Below are positions 1 to 9,308 of a stretch of DNA of 64,000 nt, in pieces. Where the stretch lies: contig JAZUAD010000005.1 of NCBI GenBank assembly GCA_045637825.1, positions 3,198 through 67,197 on the forward strand, given 5' to 3'. This stretch comes from Candidatus Onthoplasma sp. GTDB lineage: Bacteria; Bacillota; Clostridia; Christensenellales; UBA1242. Below the pieces are notes generated by a model, which saw nothing but the letters and a program-made list of their open reading frames with translations, had not been told where the DNA came from and made no database searches. The position numbers and the translations under genes are program-made. Each line of letters starts with the position of its first letter. The stretch's first letter is position 1.

Positions 1-971
1 TCATATTTAACTACATCTGCGCGGATAAAGCCACGTTCAAAGTCGGTGTGAATTTTACCTGCTGCTTGTGGAGCAAGCGTGCCTTTTGTGATTGTCCAAG
101 CACGCACTTCCTTTTCACCAGCGGTTAGGTAACTTATAAGACCTAGCAATGAGTAACTTGCAACAATTAGTTTGTCAAGTCCCGAGTGAATAATTCCTAG
201 TTCTTCCATAAACAACTCACGTTCCTCATCACTTAAACTTACAAGTTCTTCTTCAAGGCGTGCACATAAACTAATCATCTCAGCACCTTCACTTTTTGCA
301 AGCGCCTCAATTTTAGATAAATTTTCACGTTGATAGTCATCAAGAGTATCACTAGTATTTGCTACATATATAATTGGTTTAGTTGTGATTAGGAAAAATC
401 CGTTAACAATCTTTTGTTCTTCTTCATCAAAACTAAGTATACGTGCTGGTTTTTGGTCGGCAAGTGTTTTGTATATGCGGTCAAGTAGTTCCTTTTCCTT
501 AATAGCGGTTGCATCGCCACCATGAACCAGTTTGTCAACTTTGCCAAGACGTTTTTGAACAGTTTCGATATCGGCAAGTATAAGTTCCATATTAATAGTT
601 TCGATATCACGTGCTGGGTCAACACTGCCGTCAACATGGATAATATTGTCATTTTTAAAACATCTAACCACGTGTAAAATAGCATCAACCTCTTTGATGT
701 GACTTAAAAACTTATTGCCAAGACCTGCGCCTTCGCTAGCACCTTTAACAAGACCTGCAATGTCCACAAACTCAATTTGAGCAGGGGTAACCTTTTGAGT
801 GTTGTACATTTTAGCTAACACTTCAAGGCGTGGGTCGTATACGTCCACAACGCCAACATTTGGTTCGATTGTACAAAAAGGGTAATTGGCACTCATAGCG
901 CCCGCCTTTGTAATTGCATTAAATAATGTGCTTTTGCCTACATTTGGCAAACCTACTACACCTAATTTCAT
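1..971 (-). CDS. ychF: Ribosome-binding ATPase YchF (C-terminal end runs off the window start)
   Basis: It is missing from the ORF track because no stop lies in the window. The reverse complement from the ATG at 971 reads MKLGVVGLPNVGKSTLFNAITKAG (P-loop). At the window edge it reads ...GKIHTDFERGFIRADVVKY, the YchF/OLA1 C-terminal signature. An SD (aggtg) lies upstream. Confidence 0.9.
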   Translation of the reverse strand, partial: MKLGVVGLPNVGKSTLFNAITKAGAMSANYPFCTIEPNVGVVDVYDPRLEVLAKMYNTQKVTPAQIEFVDIAGLVKGASEGAGLGNKFLSHIKEVDAILHVVRCFKNDNIIHVDGSVDPARDIETINMELILADIETVQKRLGKVDKLVHGGDATAIKEKELLDRIYKTLADQKPARILSFDEEEQKIVNGFFLITTKPIIYVANTSDTLDDYQRENLSKIEALAKSEGAEMISLCARLEEELVSLSDEERELFMEELGIIHSGLDKLIVASYSLLGLISYLTAGEKEVRAWTITKGTLAPQAAGKIHTDFERGFIRADVVKY

Positions 972-1042
972 AATTCACCTACATAATATAATATTTTCTA
1001 ACATATCATACTATAAATTTAAAAATTAATCAAGGTATTTTT

Positions 1043-1792
1043 ATGTTTTTTATTTATATTCTTATAGGAATTGTACAAGGGTTAACCGAGTTTTTACCTG
1101 TTTCTAGTAGCGGGCATATACTTTTGCTAAGCGAAATATTTAATGTCGATATGGATATTATTTTTTTAAGCGTGGTGGCGCACCTTGGAACTTTGTTATC
1201 GGTTATTATTTGTATGCGTAAAAAATTGGCATATTCATTTAAGCACCCTTTTTGTAAAACTAACTGGCAATTATTAGTGGCAACCTTACCTTGCGTGATA
1301 GGAGTTTTGTTATTTAATGATTTGGTCGATAAGTTGTATTCAGTTTACTTTTTGGTGGCGGGATTTTTGATTACAGGAATATTGCTGATTGTGGCAGATA
1401 TTGTGCGTGCTAAAAATCAAAAATTTGGATATAAACATGCAGTAAGTATGGGTGTTATGCAAGCGGTGGCAATATTACCTGGTATTAGTAGGTCTGGTAG
1501 TACTATGGCAATTGGTATGATGAGCGGTGCAAACAAGGAAGACGCTTGTGAATTTACATTCCTAATGAGTATACCAATTATAATTGCCTCAGCGGTGTTT
1601 GAAAGTATTGAAATGTTTACAAAAGGTGTAAACATACAAATATTGCCATCAATTATAGTTTTTGTAACTTCATTTATATTTGGAATACTATCCATAAAAT
1701 TAATGCTAAAAGTGCTTAAAAATAACAAACTTTATGTATTTAGTATTTATCTATTAGTATTGTCGGCGGTAACGCTATTGGTTGTACTTTAA
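1043..1792 (+). CDS. uppP: Undecaprenyl-diphosphatase (BacA/UppP)
   Basis: 249-aa polytopic membrane protein with the GLTEFLPVSSSGH and PGISRSG motifs typical of UppP. Confidence 0.85.
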   Translation: MFFIYILIGIVQGLTEFLPVSSSGHILLLSEIFNVDMDIIFLSVVAHLGTLLSVIICMRKKLAYSFKHPFCKTNWQLLVATLPCVIGVLLFNDLVDKLYSVYFLVAGFLITGILLIVADIVRAKNQKFGYKHAVSMGVMQAVAILPGISRSGSTMAIGMMSGANKEDACEFTFLMSIPIIIASAVFESIEMFTKGVNIQILPSIIVFVTSFIFGILSIKLMLKVLKNNKLYVFSIYLLVLSAVTLLVVL

Positions 1793-1950
1793 TTTATTAA
1801 CTATTTGTTTATGTTTTGTGGATAAGTTTAAATTTAATCTTAAAGAAATTTGTAGTATTTTGACGAAAGTTAAAAAAGTGCTATAAATTTTTTTAATTTG
1901 CCTATTGAAAAGTATTAAAAAGTATGATATTATATGCTTAGGAGAAAATT

Positions 1951-2487
1951 ATGGAAAAGAGTATAATTCAAAGACTAATTGATGCAGGTGTTATTACTAA
2001 AAAAGATATAGATGAATATAACAATCAAAACTTAAATAGTTTTAATAGAAGAGACTATTGTCAAAGAGAATCACACATGACATATAGCGTAATTAAACAT
2101 AATGATATATTAGTTAGATTTAATCCTGAGGATATTGTTAACGGTAAATACGTGGTTCCAGTTAATATAAGATATATTGGAGAAAATGCTTTTAAAGATT
2201 GTAAATACTTAACAGAAATAGATTTTTCAATGTCAAGTGTTGAAGAAATTGGTGCAGAAGCATTTGCTTATTGTAGCAATTTACGTAAGGTAAAATTTGG
2301 TCCAGACTTAAAAGTTGTTGAAAAATGTGCATTTTGGAAGTGTGAGCAACTAGAGTGCGTTAATTTAGATGTAAAAAACACTAAAATACACTGGACTGCA
2401 TTTATGCATTGTCCAAACTGGGAACAGGTTAGCAAGATTTTATGGGCTAAACGAGAAGCGGGAGAAGAAATTGACTGGCATCACTAA
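1951..2487 (+). CDS. Small cytoplasmic BspA-type leucine-rich-repeat (LRR_5-like) protein
   Basis: 178 aa with no signal peptide. Repeated units IGENAFKDCKYLTEI, IGAEAFAYCSNLRKV and VEKCAFWKCEQLECV. Good SD (aggag). Confidence 0.6.
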   Translation: MEKSIIQRLIDAGVITKKDIDEYNNQNLNSFNRRDYCQRESHMTYSVIKHNDILVRFNPEDIVNGKYVVPVNIRYIGENAFKDCKYLTEIDFSMSSVEEIGAEAFAYCSNLRKVKFGPDLKVVEKCAFWKCEQLECVNLDVKNTKIHWTAFMHCPNWEQVSKILWAKREAGEEIDWHH

Positions 2488-2538
2488 TAAGTGGTGCTTT
2501 TTTATTTTTAAAATAGTTGGATAAGTTTGCATAACAAA

Positions 2539-2567
2539 TTGACTTTTGGGTTTTTAAGTGATAAGAT
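2539..2567 (+). promoter_or_regulatory. Sigma-A-type promoter for the PHP-phosphoesterase/whiA unit
   Basis: TTGACT (2539-2544), 17-nt spacer, TAAGAT (2562-2567), with TG two nt upstream (extended -10). Confidence 0.5.
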
Positions 2568-2657
2568 ATAAATATATAAGCGAAATAGTGATTTTTAAAA
2601 ATAAAATCGTGGTAACTTAAATAAAATATATTAATATTGATTGAATAGGAGAAAAAT

Positions 2658-3434
2658 ATGGCATTGTCGGGAGATTATCATACACACACCAAATATAGTA
2701 GACGCAATCATGGCAAGGGAACAATTGAAGAGCAAGTAAAGGCGGCGGTGGAAAAGGGGTTGGCACAAGTAGCTATTACTGACCATGGGTTTAACCAAGT
2801 GCTTTATGGCGTAAGGCGTAGCGATATGGCTAAAATGCGTGAAGAGATTAATGAAGCAAAGGAGCGTTATCCTATTGAAGTGTTACAAGGCGTGGAAGCA
2901 AACTTAATTTCAGCACGTGGAGAAATTGATGTGATGGAAAGCGACTATGAATATCTTGATATCTTGCTTTGCGGATATCATAAATTGGTTAAAGGGAATA
3001 AAAAACGTGACTTTTTCTTTATATTTAAAAATTTGTTAAGTAGCGTTTTCCATATTACAACCAAGCGTCAACGTGAACGTAATACTAACGCATATATAAA
3101 TGCTATGAAAAACTATGATATTGATGTGCTTACACACTTAAATCATGGTTGCAAGGTAGATGTGCAAAAAGTGGCTAAGGTAGCAAAGGAAACTAATACA
3201 TACATCGAACTTAACGGAAAACGCCTTGGAATGAGTGATAAGGAAATTATGCTAGCTTACAAGGAAGGTGTTAAGTTTATTATTGATAGTGATGCACATA
3301 GCCCTAAACGTGTTGGCGACTGCCATTTAGGACTTGAGGCAATGTTAAGATTAGGCATACCAGAAAGTGCGGTGGTGAACTATAATAGTTTACCTACATT
3401 TAAAACAGCAAAACGAAGAAAGGCAAAAAGGTAA
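2658..3434 (+). CDS. PHP-family metal-dependent phosphoesterase (histidinol-phosphatase-like)
   Basis: 258 aa. N-terminus GDYHTHTKYS, then ITDHG, and a C-terminal DSDAHSP, matching the PHP-domain metal-ligand pattern. Confidence 0.7.
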   Translation: MALSGDYHTHTKYSRRNHGKGTIEEQVKAAVEKGLAQVAITDHGFNQVLYGVRRSDMAKMREEINEAKERYPIEVLQGVEANLISARGEIDVMESDYEYLDILLCGYHKLVKGNKKRDFFFIFKNLLSSVFHITTKRQRERNTNAYINAMKNYDIDVLTHLNHGCKVDVQKVAKVAKETNTYIELNGKRLGMSDKEIMLAYKEGVKFIIDSDAHSPKRVGDCHLGLEAMLRLGIPESAVVNYNSLPTFKTAKRRKAKR

Positions 3435-4348
3435 TGATTAAAAATTTGCAAAACGATATATTGAATAGCATTTCTACAACCAGTTGTTGTAGCAATGCTT
3501 TTTTGAGTGCTATAATCAGCGTTACTAAGGACGATATTGGCGAAAATCAAATGATACTTGCCTGTCCTACTTTTTTGTACGATAAATTTTGTACAATACT
3601 TAAAAATTTTTATCCAGACCTTAGTATCCGCTTTTCAAAACTTGGACTTGTGATTAGCGGTAAAAGTCTAGTGGAATTGCTAGGTGAACTAGATATCGCA
3701 TATTTTAATAAAGGTCAATTGGAATTATCTAATCCTTGCAACGAAACAATGCTAGCAAGCGAGTGTTGTAGATTAACCTATTTAAAAGGCGTGTTTTTGT
3801 GCGTGGGTAAAATTTATTATAACAACGATACTTTTGGCAAAACTCAAGGGTATAGTGTAGAATTTGTATTTAAAGATTATCAACTGGCTGATGACGTAAA
3901 GGCGCTATGCAAGGTTTTAGGGATTAACTTAAAGTCGGTTAAGCGTGGAAATAATATTGTACTTTATTCAAAAGATAGTGGCGTTTTGGTTGAATTTTTG
4001 GTTAAAATTGGCGCTATGAATGAGGCATTTGAACTTCAAAATAGTCTTGTTATGCGTGAAATGCGTAATGACGCTAACCGCAAAGGAAATTGCTTTGATG
4101 CAAATCTAAATAAAACCATTAATGCAAGCGTTGAGCAAGTTATGGCGATTGATTATATTATTAATCATTATGGACTTGAATATTTAGAACTAAGTTTACA
4201 AGCGGTAGCACTACTAAGAATATCAAACCCTGAAGCTCCACTTAGTGAACTGCAAAAATTATATCCAACACCAATTACCCGTGCTGGACTTAAGTATAAG
4301 TTAGATAAGATTATAGCGATTTATAAAGAGTTAAAGGGAATAAGTTAA
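3434..4348 (+). CDS. whiA: DNA-binding protein WhiA
   Basis: 304 aa. The start overlaps the upstream stop (TAATG). Its size and C-terminal HTH-like region (LSELQKLYPTPITRAGLKYKLDKI) fit WhiA/YvcL. Confidence 0.75.
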   Translation: MIKNLQNDILNSISTTSCCSNAFLSAIISVTKDDIGENQMILACPTFLYDKFCTILKNFYPDLSIRFSKLGLVISGKSLVELLGELDIAYFNKGQLELSNPCNETMLASECCRLTYLKGVFLCVGKIYYNNDTFGKTQGYSVEFVFKDYQLADDVKALCKVLGINLKSVKRGNNIVLYSKDSGVLVEFLVKIGAMNEAFELQNSLVMREMRNDANRKGNCFDANLNKTINASVEQVMAIDYIINHYGLEYLELSLQAVALLRISNPEAPLSELQKLYPTPITRAGLKYKLDKIIAIYKELKGIS

Positions 4349-4357
4349 TATATTGCC

Positions 4358-4385
4358 TTGACAAATAAATTAAATAGGGTATAAT
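4358..4385 (+). promoter_or_regulatory. Sigma-A-type promoter for dnaE
   Basis: TTGACA (4358-4363), 16-nt spacer, TATAAT (4380-4385). The SD aaggag precedes the ATG at 4409. Confidence 0.6.
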
Positions 4386-4408
4386 AACAAAAGAAAAAGG
4401 AGCAAAGT

Positions 4409-7400
4409 ATGGGTAATTTTGTACACTTACATGTGCATAGTGAATACAGTATTTTGGACGGGGCGGCTAGGGTTAGCGATTTGGTAGCCAAAGCAGTTGA
4501 ATTAGGTATGCCGGCACTAGCAATTACTGACCACGGCAATATGTTTGCATCACTTAAATTTTTTGATGAATGTCAACAAATTAACAAAGAAAACAAACGT
4601 CAAGTTATCAAGCCTATATTTGGTTGCGAATTTTATGTTTGTGATGATTTAACCGTTAAGCAAGGTAAAACCAAGTTAAATCACCTGGTGCTGCTAGTTA
4701 AAAATGAGCAAGGGTATAAAAGTATATCTAAACTTAATGCTATTGCCTATCGTGATGGATTTTATTATAAGCCTCGTATTGACCTTAAAACTTTGGAAGA
4801 ATATAGCGAAGGACTTATTTGTTTAAGTGCATGTGTTGCGGGGGATATTCCGCAAGCAATATTGCATGGCGATTTTGAAGAAGCGGAGAGATTAGTTGTT
4901 TGGTTTAAACGTGTGTTTGGCGAAGATTTTTATATCGAATTACAAAATCACGGAATTGCAGACCAATTAACAGTTTTGCCTTACCTAAAAGAATATGCTA
5001 AAAAGTATAATATCAAAACGGTAATTACTAATGATGTGCATTATGTAAACAAAGAAGATGCTGAAATGCAAGATGTGGCAATGTGCGTTGCAATGCAAAA
5101 GAATATTGACGACCCTAATCGTATGAAGTTTGAAAATGACGAATTTTATTTCAAGTCGTACGAAGAAATGGCTAGCATTTTCCCAGACGACCTTGATGCG
5201 TTTGAAAATACTTTAGAGATTGCGGATAAGTGTAATTATGGCTTTACTTATGGTCACTATTTATTCCCTAGATATGTTCCAGCAGATGGCTCGTCGCCAA
5301 AAGAATATTTATTAAATTTGGTGCATGAAGGCATACTTAAAAAATATGGTGCTCATACGCCAGAAATTGATGCACGTGTGGAAAGTGAAATGGCAGTTAT
5401 CGAACGACAAGGATTTATTGAATATTTTCTAATCGTTTGGGACTATATCAATGCAGCACGTAGTATGGGCATATCGGTAGGCCCAGGTCGTGGCTCGGGT
5501 GCGGGTAGTTTGATTGCATATACCATCGGTATTACCAACATTGACCCATTAAGATATGAACTGATTTTTGAGCGTTTCCTACACAGCGAACGTGTATCGG
5601 CTCCTGACTTTGATATCGACTTTGAAGATGTGCGACGTGAAGAAGTTATTGATTACGTTAAAGGTAAATATGGCGAAAATCGTATTGCTCGTATTATTAC
5701 ATTTGGTACAATGGCGGCGAAAAACGTAATTAAGGACGTTGGTCGTGTAATGCGTGTGCCATACTCAAAGTTGGATAAGATTACTAAAAATATTCCTAAG
5801 CTAAAATCTCCAATACTACCTAAATGTTTTGGTTTTGACAAAAAAGCGGGACCAGACCAAGTGGTGCAAGAATTGGTGGATATGTATAACGAAGATGAAG
5901 AAATTCAAAAAGTTGTAGATATCGCAGTGAAACTTGAAGATTTTCCTCGTCAAACTTCAACTCACGCTTGTGGAGTTATTATTGGTGCTGATGTGCTAGA
6001 TAAGCACGTTCCGCTTGCACGTAATGGTGATGATATCACTACTCAATACGAAGGTGCGGAGATGGAACACTTGGGACACTTAAAAATGGACTTTTTGGGC
6101 CTACGAAACCTTAGCGATATTAAAGCGTGCCAACGCTATGTTAAGAAAAATCATGGTGTAGATATTGATTTTGATAAATGTACTTATGATGACCCAAATG
6201 TTTACAAGTTGATTTCAACAGGAGATACTGAGGGTATATTCCAAATTGAAAGTGGCGGATTTCAAAGCTTTATGAGGGAGTTGCAACCAACTTGTTTGGA
6301 AGATATTATTGCGGCGGTGTCATTGTATCGTCCAGGTCCTATGGATAGTATCCCACGTTATGTTCACAACAAGCATCACCCAGAGGATACCACTTATGAC
6401 CACCCAATACTAGAGCCGATTTTGAAAGTAACCTATGGTTGTATTGTGTATCAAGAGCAAGTTATGAAAATCTGTCAAGAAATGGGCGGGTTTACACTAG
6501 GACAAGCAGATATGGTGCGTCGTGCGATGGGTAAAAAGAAAGAAGAAGAAATGGCTAAGATGAGCGGTAAATTTATTTACGGCGAACCTGCGCATTATGA
6601 GGGCGAAAAGTTTGTTGCGGAAATTGAAGGAGCATTAAAACGTGGAGTTCCTCAAGATATTGCTGAAAAAATTTGGGCTGAGATGGCGGGATTTGCCAAG
6701 TATGCATTTAATAAATCTCACGCTGCAGCATATTCGTTAATAACTTATCAAACTGCATATTTAAAAACTTATTATATGCCAGAATTTATTACAGCAATCT
6801 TAAATAATCGTATTACAAATATTGATAAAATTAAATTTTATGTTGCCTATGCAAAACAACGTAAATTAGAAGTACTTCCGCCAGATATTAACAAGAGTGA
6901 AACATACTTTTCAACCGATGGGAAATCTATTCGTTTTGGTATTGCTGCACTTAAAAATGTGGGCGTAAGCGTGGTTGAAGAAATTATTGCCGAGCGTGAA
7001 CGTGGTGGAGACTTTAAAGACCTTATGGATTTTGTAAATCGTGTAGATGGTCAAGCGCTTAATAAACGCTGTATTGAAAGTTTAATTCAATCGGGTGCTT
7101 TTGATTGTTTTGGTCGTACCCGTAGCCAACTTATGAGTGTTTACACTATTGCAATTAACCGTGCTTTAGATGCTAAAAAGCGTGCTATGAGCGGTCAAAT
7201 GGATATGTTTGGTAGTTTATTTAGTGAAAACGAGGGCATTGATGACCTTGAATATCCTGATATGCCAGAATATGTGCATAAAGTCAAACTGCATATGGAA
7301 AAAGAAATTGCAGGTGTGTATTTGTCAGGTCACCCACTTGATGAGTATGCTGATCGTATGCAAACGTTTAGCATGAATAGTTCAATGATTAGTTCTAATG

Positions 7401-8002
7401 ATGAAGAAGATGCAACTATAAGTGGAGATGAGTTTGATGATGTTGAAGTTGGATTAAAAGATGGAGACCAAGTTACTTGCGGTGGTGTGATTACGATGGT
7501 TAAACCAGTAGTAACCAAAGCTGGACAAAAAATGGCTATTGCCACAGTCGAAGATATGTTAGGCACTTTTGATATTGTATTATTCCCTAAATTTTATGAA
7601 AAGTTTAAGGAAGTGTTACAAGAAGAAGCAATTGTTGCTATCAAAGGTAAAGTTTCAGTACGTGATGGTCTAAGCACTAGTATAAATGTAGAGTTTATGG
7701 AAAGTATGCTTGGCGAAAGCGTGGAAGAAAAACCTACAGCAGAAAATAATAACCAATCGGCTGAACAGGTTGAGGAAAAACTACCAGTATTACGACTTTG
7801 CTTAATTTATGACGTGTCAAACAAGGAACTGCATAGTCAAATTTGTGAGTTGCTTAAGGAATATCCAGGCGTTAGTGATGTGTATTTAAAAGACGAAATC
7901 TCAGGTACGAGATACAAACTACCTCAAAAGGTAGAAATACGACAATCGTTAAAATATGAACTAGATACAATCCTTGGTAGCGATAATATAATAATTGCTT
8001 AA
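4409..8002 (+). CDS. dnaE: DNA polymerase III alpha subunit, DnaE type
   Basis: 1197 aa. N-terminal PHP domain (FVHLHVHSEYSILDG...ITDHGNM), polymerase core (GPGRGSGAGSLIAYTIGITNIDP, PDFDIDF) and a C-terminal OB region. Confidence 0.95.
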   Translation: MGNFVHLHVHSEYSILDGAARVSDLVAKAVELGMPALAITDHGNMFASLKFFDECQQINKENKRQVIKPIFGCEFYVCDDLTVKQGKTKLNHLVLLVKNEQGYKSISKLNAIAYRDGFYYKPRIDLKTLEEYSEGLICLSACVAGDIPQAILHGDFEEAERLVVWFKRVFGEDFYIELQNHGIADQLTVLPYLKEYAKKYNIKTVITNDVHYVNKEDAEMQDVAMCVAMQKNIDDPNRMKFENDEFYFKSYEEMASIFPDDLDAFENTLEIADKCNYGFTYGHYLFPRYVPADGSSPKEYLLNLVHEGILKKYGAHTPEIDARVESEMAVIERQGFIEYFLIVWDYINAARSMGISVGPGRGSGAGSLIAYTIGITNIDPLRYELIFERFLHSERVSAPDFDIDFEDVRREEVIDYVKGKYGENRIARIITFGTMAAKNVIKDVGRVMRVPYSKLDKITKNIPKLKSPILPKCFGFDKKAGPDQVVQELVDMYNEDEEIQKVVDIAVKLEDFPRQTSTHACGVIIGADVLDKHVPLARNGDDITTQYEGAEMEHLGHLKMDFLGLRNLSDIKACQRYVKKNHGVDIDFDKCTYDDPNVYKLISTGDTEGIFQIESGGFQSFMRELQPTCLEDIIAAVSLYRPGPMDSIPRYVHNKHHPEDTTYDHPILEPILKVTYGCIVYQEQVMKICQEMGGFTLGQADMVRRAMGKKKEEEMAKMSGKFIYGEPAHYEGEKFVAEIEGALKRGVPQDIAEKIWAEMAGFAKYAFNKSHAAAYSLITYQTAYLKTYYMPEFITAILNNRITNIDKIKFYVAYAKQRKLEVLPPDINKSETYFSTDGKSIRFGIAALKNVGVSVVEEIIAERERGGDFKDLMDFVNRVDGQALNKRCIESLIQSGAFDCFGRTRSQLMSVYTIAINRALDAKKRAMSGQMDMFGSLFSENEGIDDLEYPDMPEYVHKVKLHMEKEIAGVYLSGHPLDEYADRMQTFSMNSSMISSNDEEDATISGDEFDDVEVGLKDGDQVTCGGVITMVKPVVTKAGQKMAIATVEDMLGTFDIVLFPKFYEKFKEVLQEEAIVAIKGKVSVRDGLSTSINVEFMESMLGESVEEKPTAENNNQSAEQVEEKLPVLRLCLIYDVSNKELHSQICELLKEYPGVSDVYLKDEISGTRYKLPQKVEIRQSLKYELDTILGSDNIIIA

Positions 8003-8114
8003 AATTAAAAGGGCTTTAAGGTAAAACTTAAGGTCTTTTTGTTTTATAATATAGGGTATATAAAATATTATTTATGTTAATAAATTAAATATTATAAAAA
8101 TTTGTCAAAAACTA

Positions 8115-8143
8115 TTGATTAATTTTTTAAAGTGTGATAATAT
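8115..8143 (+). promoter_or_regulatory. Sigma-A-type promoter for rpsF-ssb-rpsR
   Basis: TTGATT (8115-8120), 17-nt spacer, TAATAT (8138-8143), preceded by TGa (extended -10). Confidence 0.5.
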
Positions 8144-8219
8144 AGGTGCGTATGTAAAACCATACCTTGTTTTAAACCAAGTGAGTTTAAAACCAAAAGT
8201 CCAAAAGGAGGTCAAATAT

Positions 8220-8498
8220 ATGAAGTACGAACTTATGTACATTTTAGTTAATAGTGCTAGCGATGAAGAAAAAGACGCTATGATTGAAAAAATCAATACA
8301 CTTATTACTAAAAATGGCGGAGTTGTGGAAAGTGTTGACAAAATTGGTAGCAAGAAATTGGCATACGAAATCAACAAGAAGCATGATGGATATTATGTTT
8401 TAGTTAATTTCACTGCTGAAAGTAGTGTTCCAGCAACAATCACTAACACACTAAGAATTACTGAAGGCGTTTTACGTTATATCGTAGTAGCAAAGTAG
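8220..8498 (+). CDS. rpsF: 30S ribosomal protein S6
   Basis: I moved the start to the ATG at 8220, the 36th codon of the track ORF, which lies behind the SD aaaaggagg. The sequence MKYELMYIL...KLAYEINKKHDGYYVLVNF is S6-like. Confidence 0.9.
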   Translation: MKYELMYILVNSASDEEKDAMIEKINTLITKNGGVVESVDKIGSKKLAYEINKKHDGYYVLVNFTAESSVPATITNTLRITEGVLRYIVVAK

Positions 8499-8518
8499 TT
8501 TGCTAAAAGGAGCAATTT

Positions 8519-8926
8519 ATGAACAAAGTATTTTTAATTGGAAATCTTACAAGAGACCCAGAATTATCTACCACAAATTCAGGTATTTCTGTTTGCAGAA
8601 TATCTATTGCGGTATCTCGTCGTTTTGCTAATGCTGACGGCTCTAGAGAAACTGATTTCTTTAACGTAGTTGCTTGGCGTGCAATTGCTGAAAACTGTGC
8701 TAAGTATCTAAAGAAGGGTAGCAAAATTGCCGTTATGGGCAGTATCCAAAACCGTTCTTATGAAGGAACTGATGGCACTAAGCGTTACACAACTGATATA
8801 ACTGCTGAGGAAATTGAATTCTTGTCAACCAAAGGTGACGAAACTGCATCTGACAATGCTATGCATCACGAACCAGATACAGGTTTGCAACCTATTGATG
8901 ATGACGATAACACTTTACCATTCTAG
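8519..8926 (+). CDS. ssb: Single-stranded DNA-binding protein
   Basis: MNKVFLIGNLTRDPEL OB-fold N-terminus and an acidic tail ending DDDDNTLPF. Confidence 0.95.
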   Translation: MNKVFLIGNLTRDPELSTTNSGISVCRISIAVSRRFANADGSRETDFFNVVAWRAIAENCAKYLKKGSKIAVMGSIQNRSYEGTDGTKRYTTDITAEEIEFLSTKGDETASDNAMHHEPDTGLQPIDDDDNTLPF

Positions 8927-8977
8927 TAAAGTTAATGTGTGTCGAATACACAACTAAATTAATATAAGGAGTACACT

Positions 8978-9271
8978 ATGAGTGAAGAATTACAAACTGT
9001 AGTTGCTGAGGCAGAAGTTGCTACACCAGCACCAGTAGAAAAGAAGAAATTTTTCAAGCACAAAAACAAGAAAAAGGTTTGCTTGTTCTGTGAAAATAAG
9101 GATAAAGTTGTAGATTATAAGGATGTTGCTACACTTCGTAAATTTGTTACAGAAAAGGGTAAAATTTTACCTTCTCGACAAACTGGCACTTGTCCTAAGC
9201 ACCAACGTGCTATTACAGTTGCTGTTAAACGTGCTAGAAACATTGCATTATTACCATTTAGAGGTGAGTAA
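8978..9271 (+). CDS. rpsR: 30S ribosomal protein S18
   Basis: [43 protein letters not shown] is an S18 core. The rpsF-ssb-rpsR order is conserved. Confidence 0.9.
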   Translation: MSEELQTVVAEAEVATPAPVEKKKFFKHKNKKKVCLFCENKDKVVDYKDVATLRKFVTEKGKILPSRQTGTCPKHQRAITVAVKRARNIALLPFRGE

Positions 9272-9278
9272 AAATAAA

Positions 9279-9308
9279 AGCGGATACATCAAGTATCCGT
9301 TTTTTTAT
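9279..9308. terminator. Bidirectional intrinsic terminator between rpsR (+) and the flippase gene (-)
   Basis: Stem cggatac (9281-9287) / gtatccg (9293-9299), loop atcaa, with an A-run upstream and a T-run downstream. Confidence 0.8.

Noticed and set aside
389-688. Track ORFs antisense to or out of frame with confident genes: 389-688, 1417-1728, 4345-4539, 5653-5841, 7330-7566, 8105-8377, 8503-8724, 14374-14661, 16884-17273, 39395-39983, 54345-54797, 56615-56908 and 63473-63778.
   Set aside because: Each lies wholly inside, or opposite to, a CDS with strong family motifs. They have no SD and a low-complexity composition typical of shadow frames.
8003-8060. Possible terminator after dnaE (gggctttaagg...cttaaggtcttttt).
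   Set aside because: The arms share the self-complementary word cttaag but do not form a convincing stem of 6 bp or more when paired explicitly.
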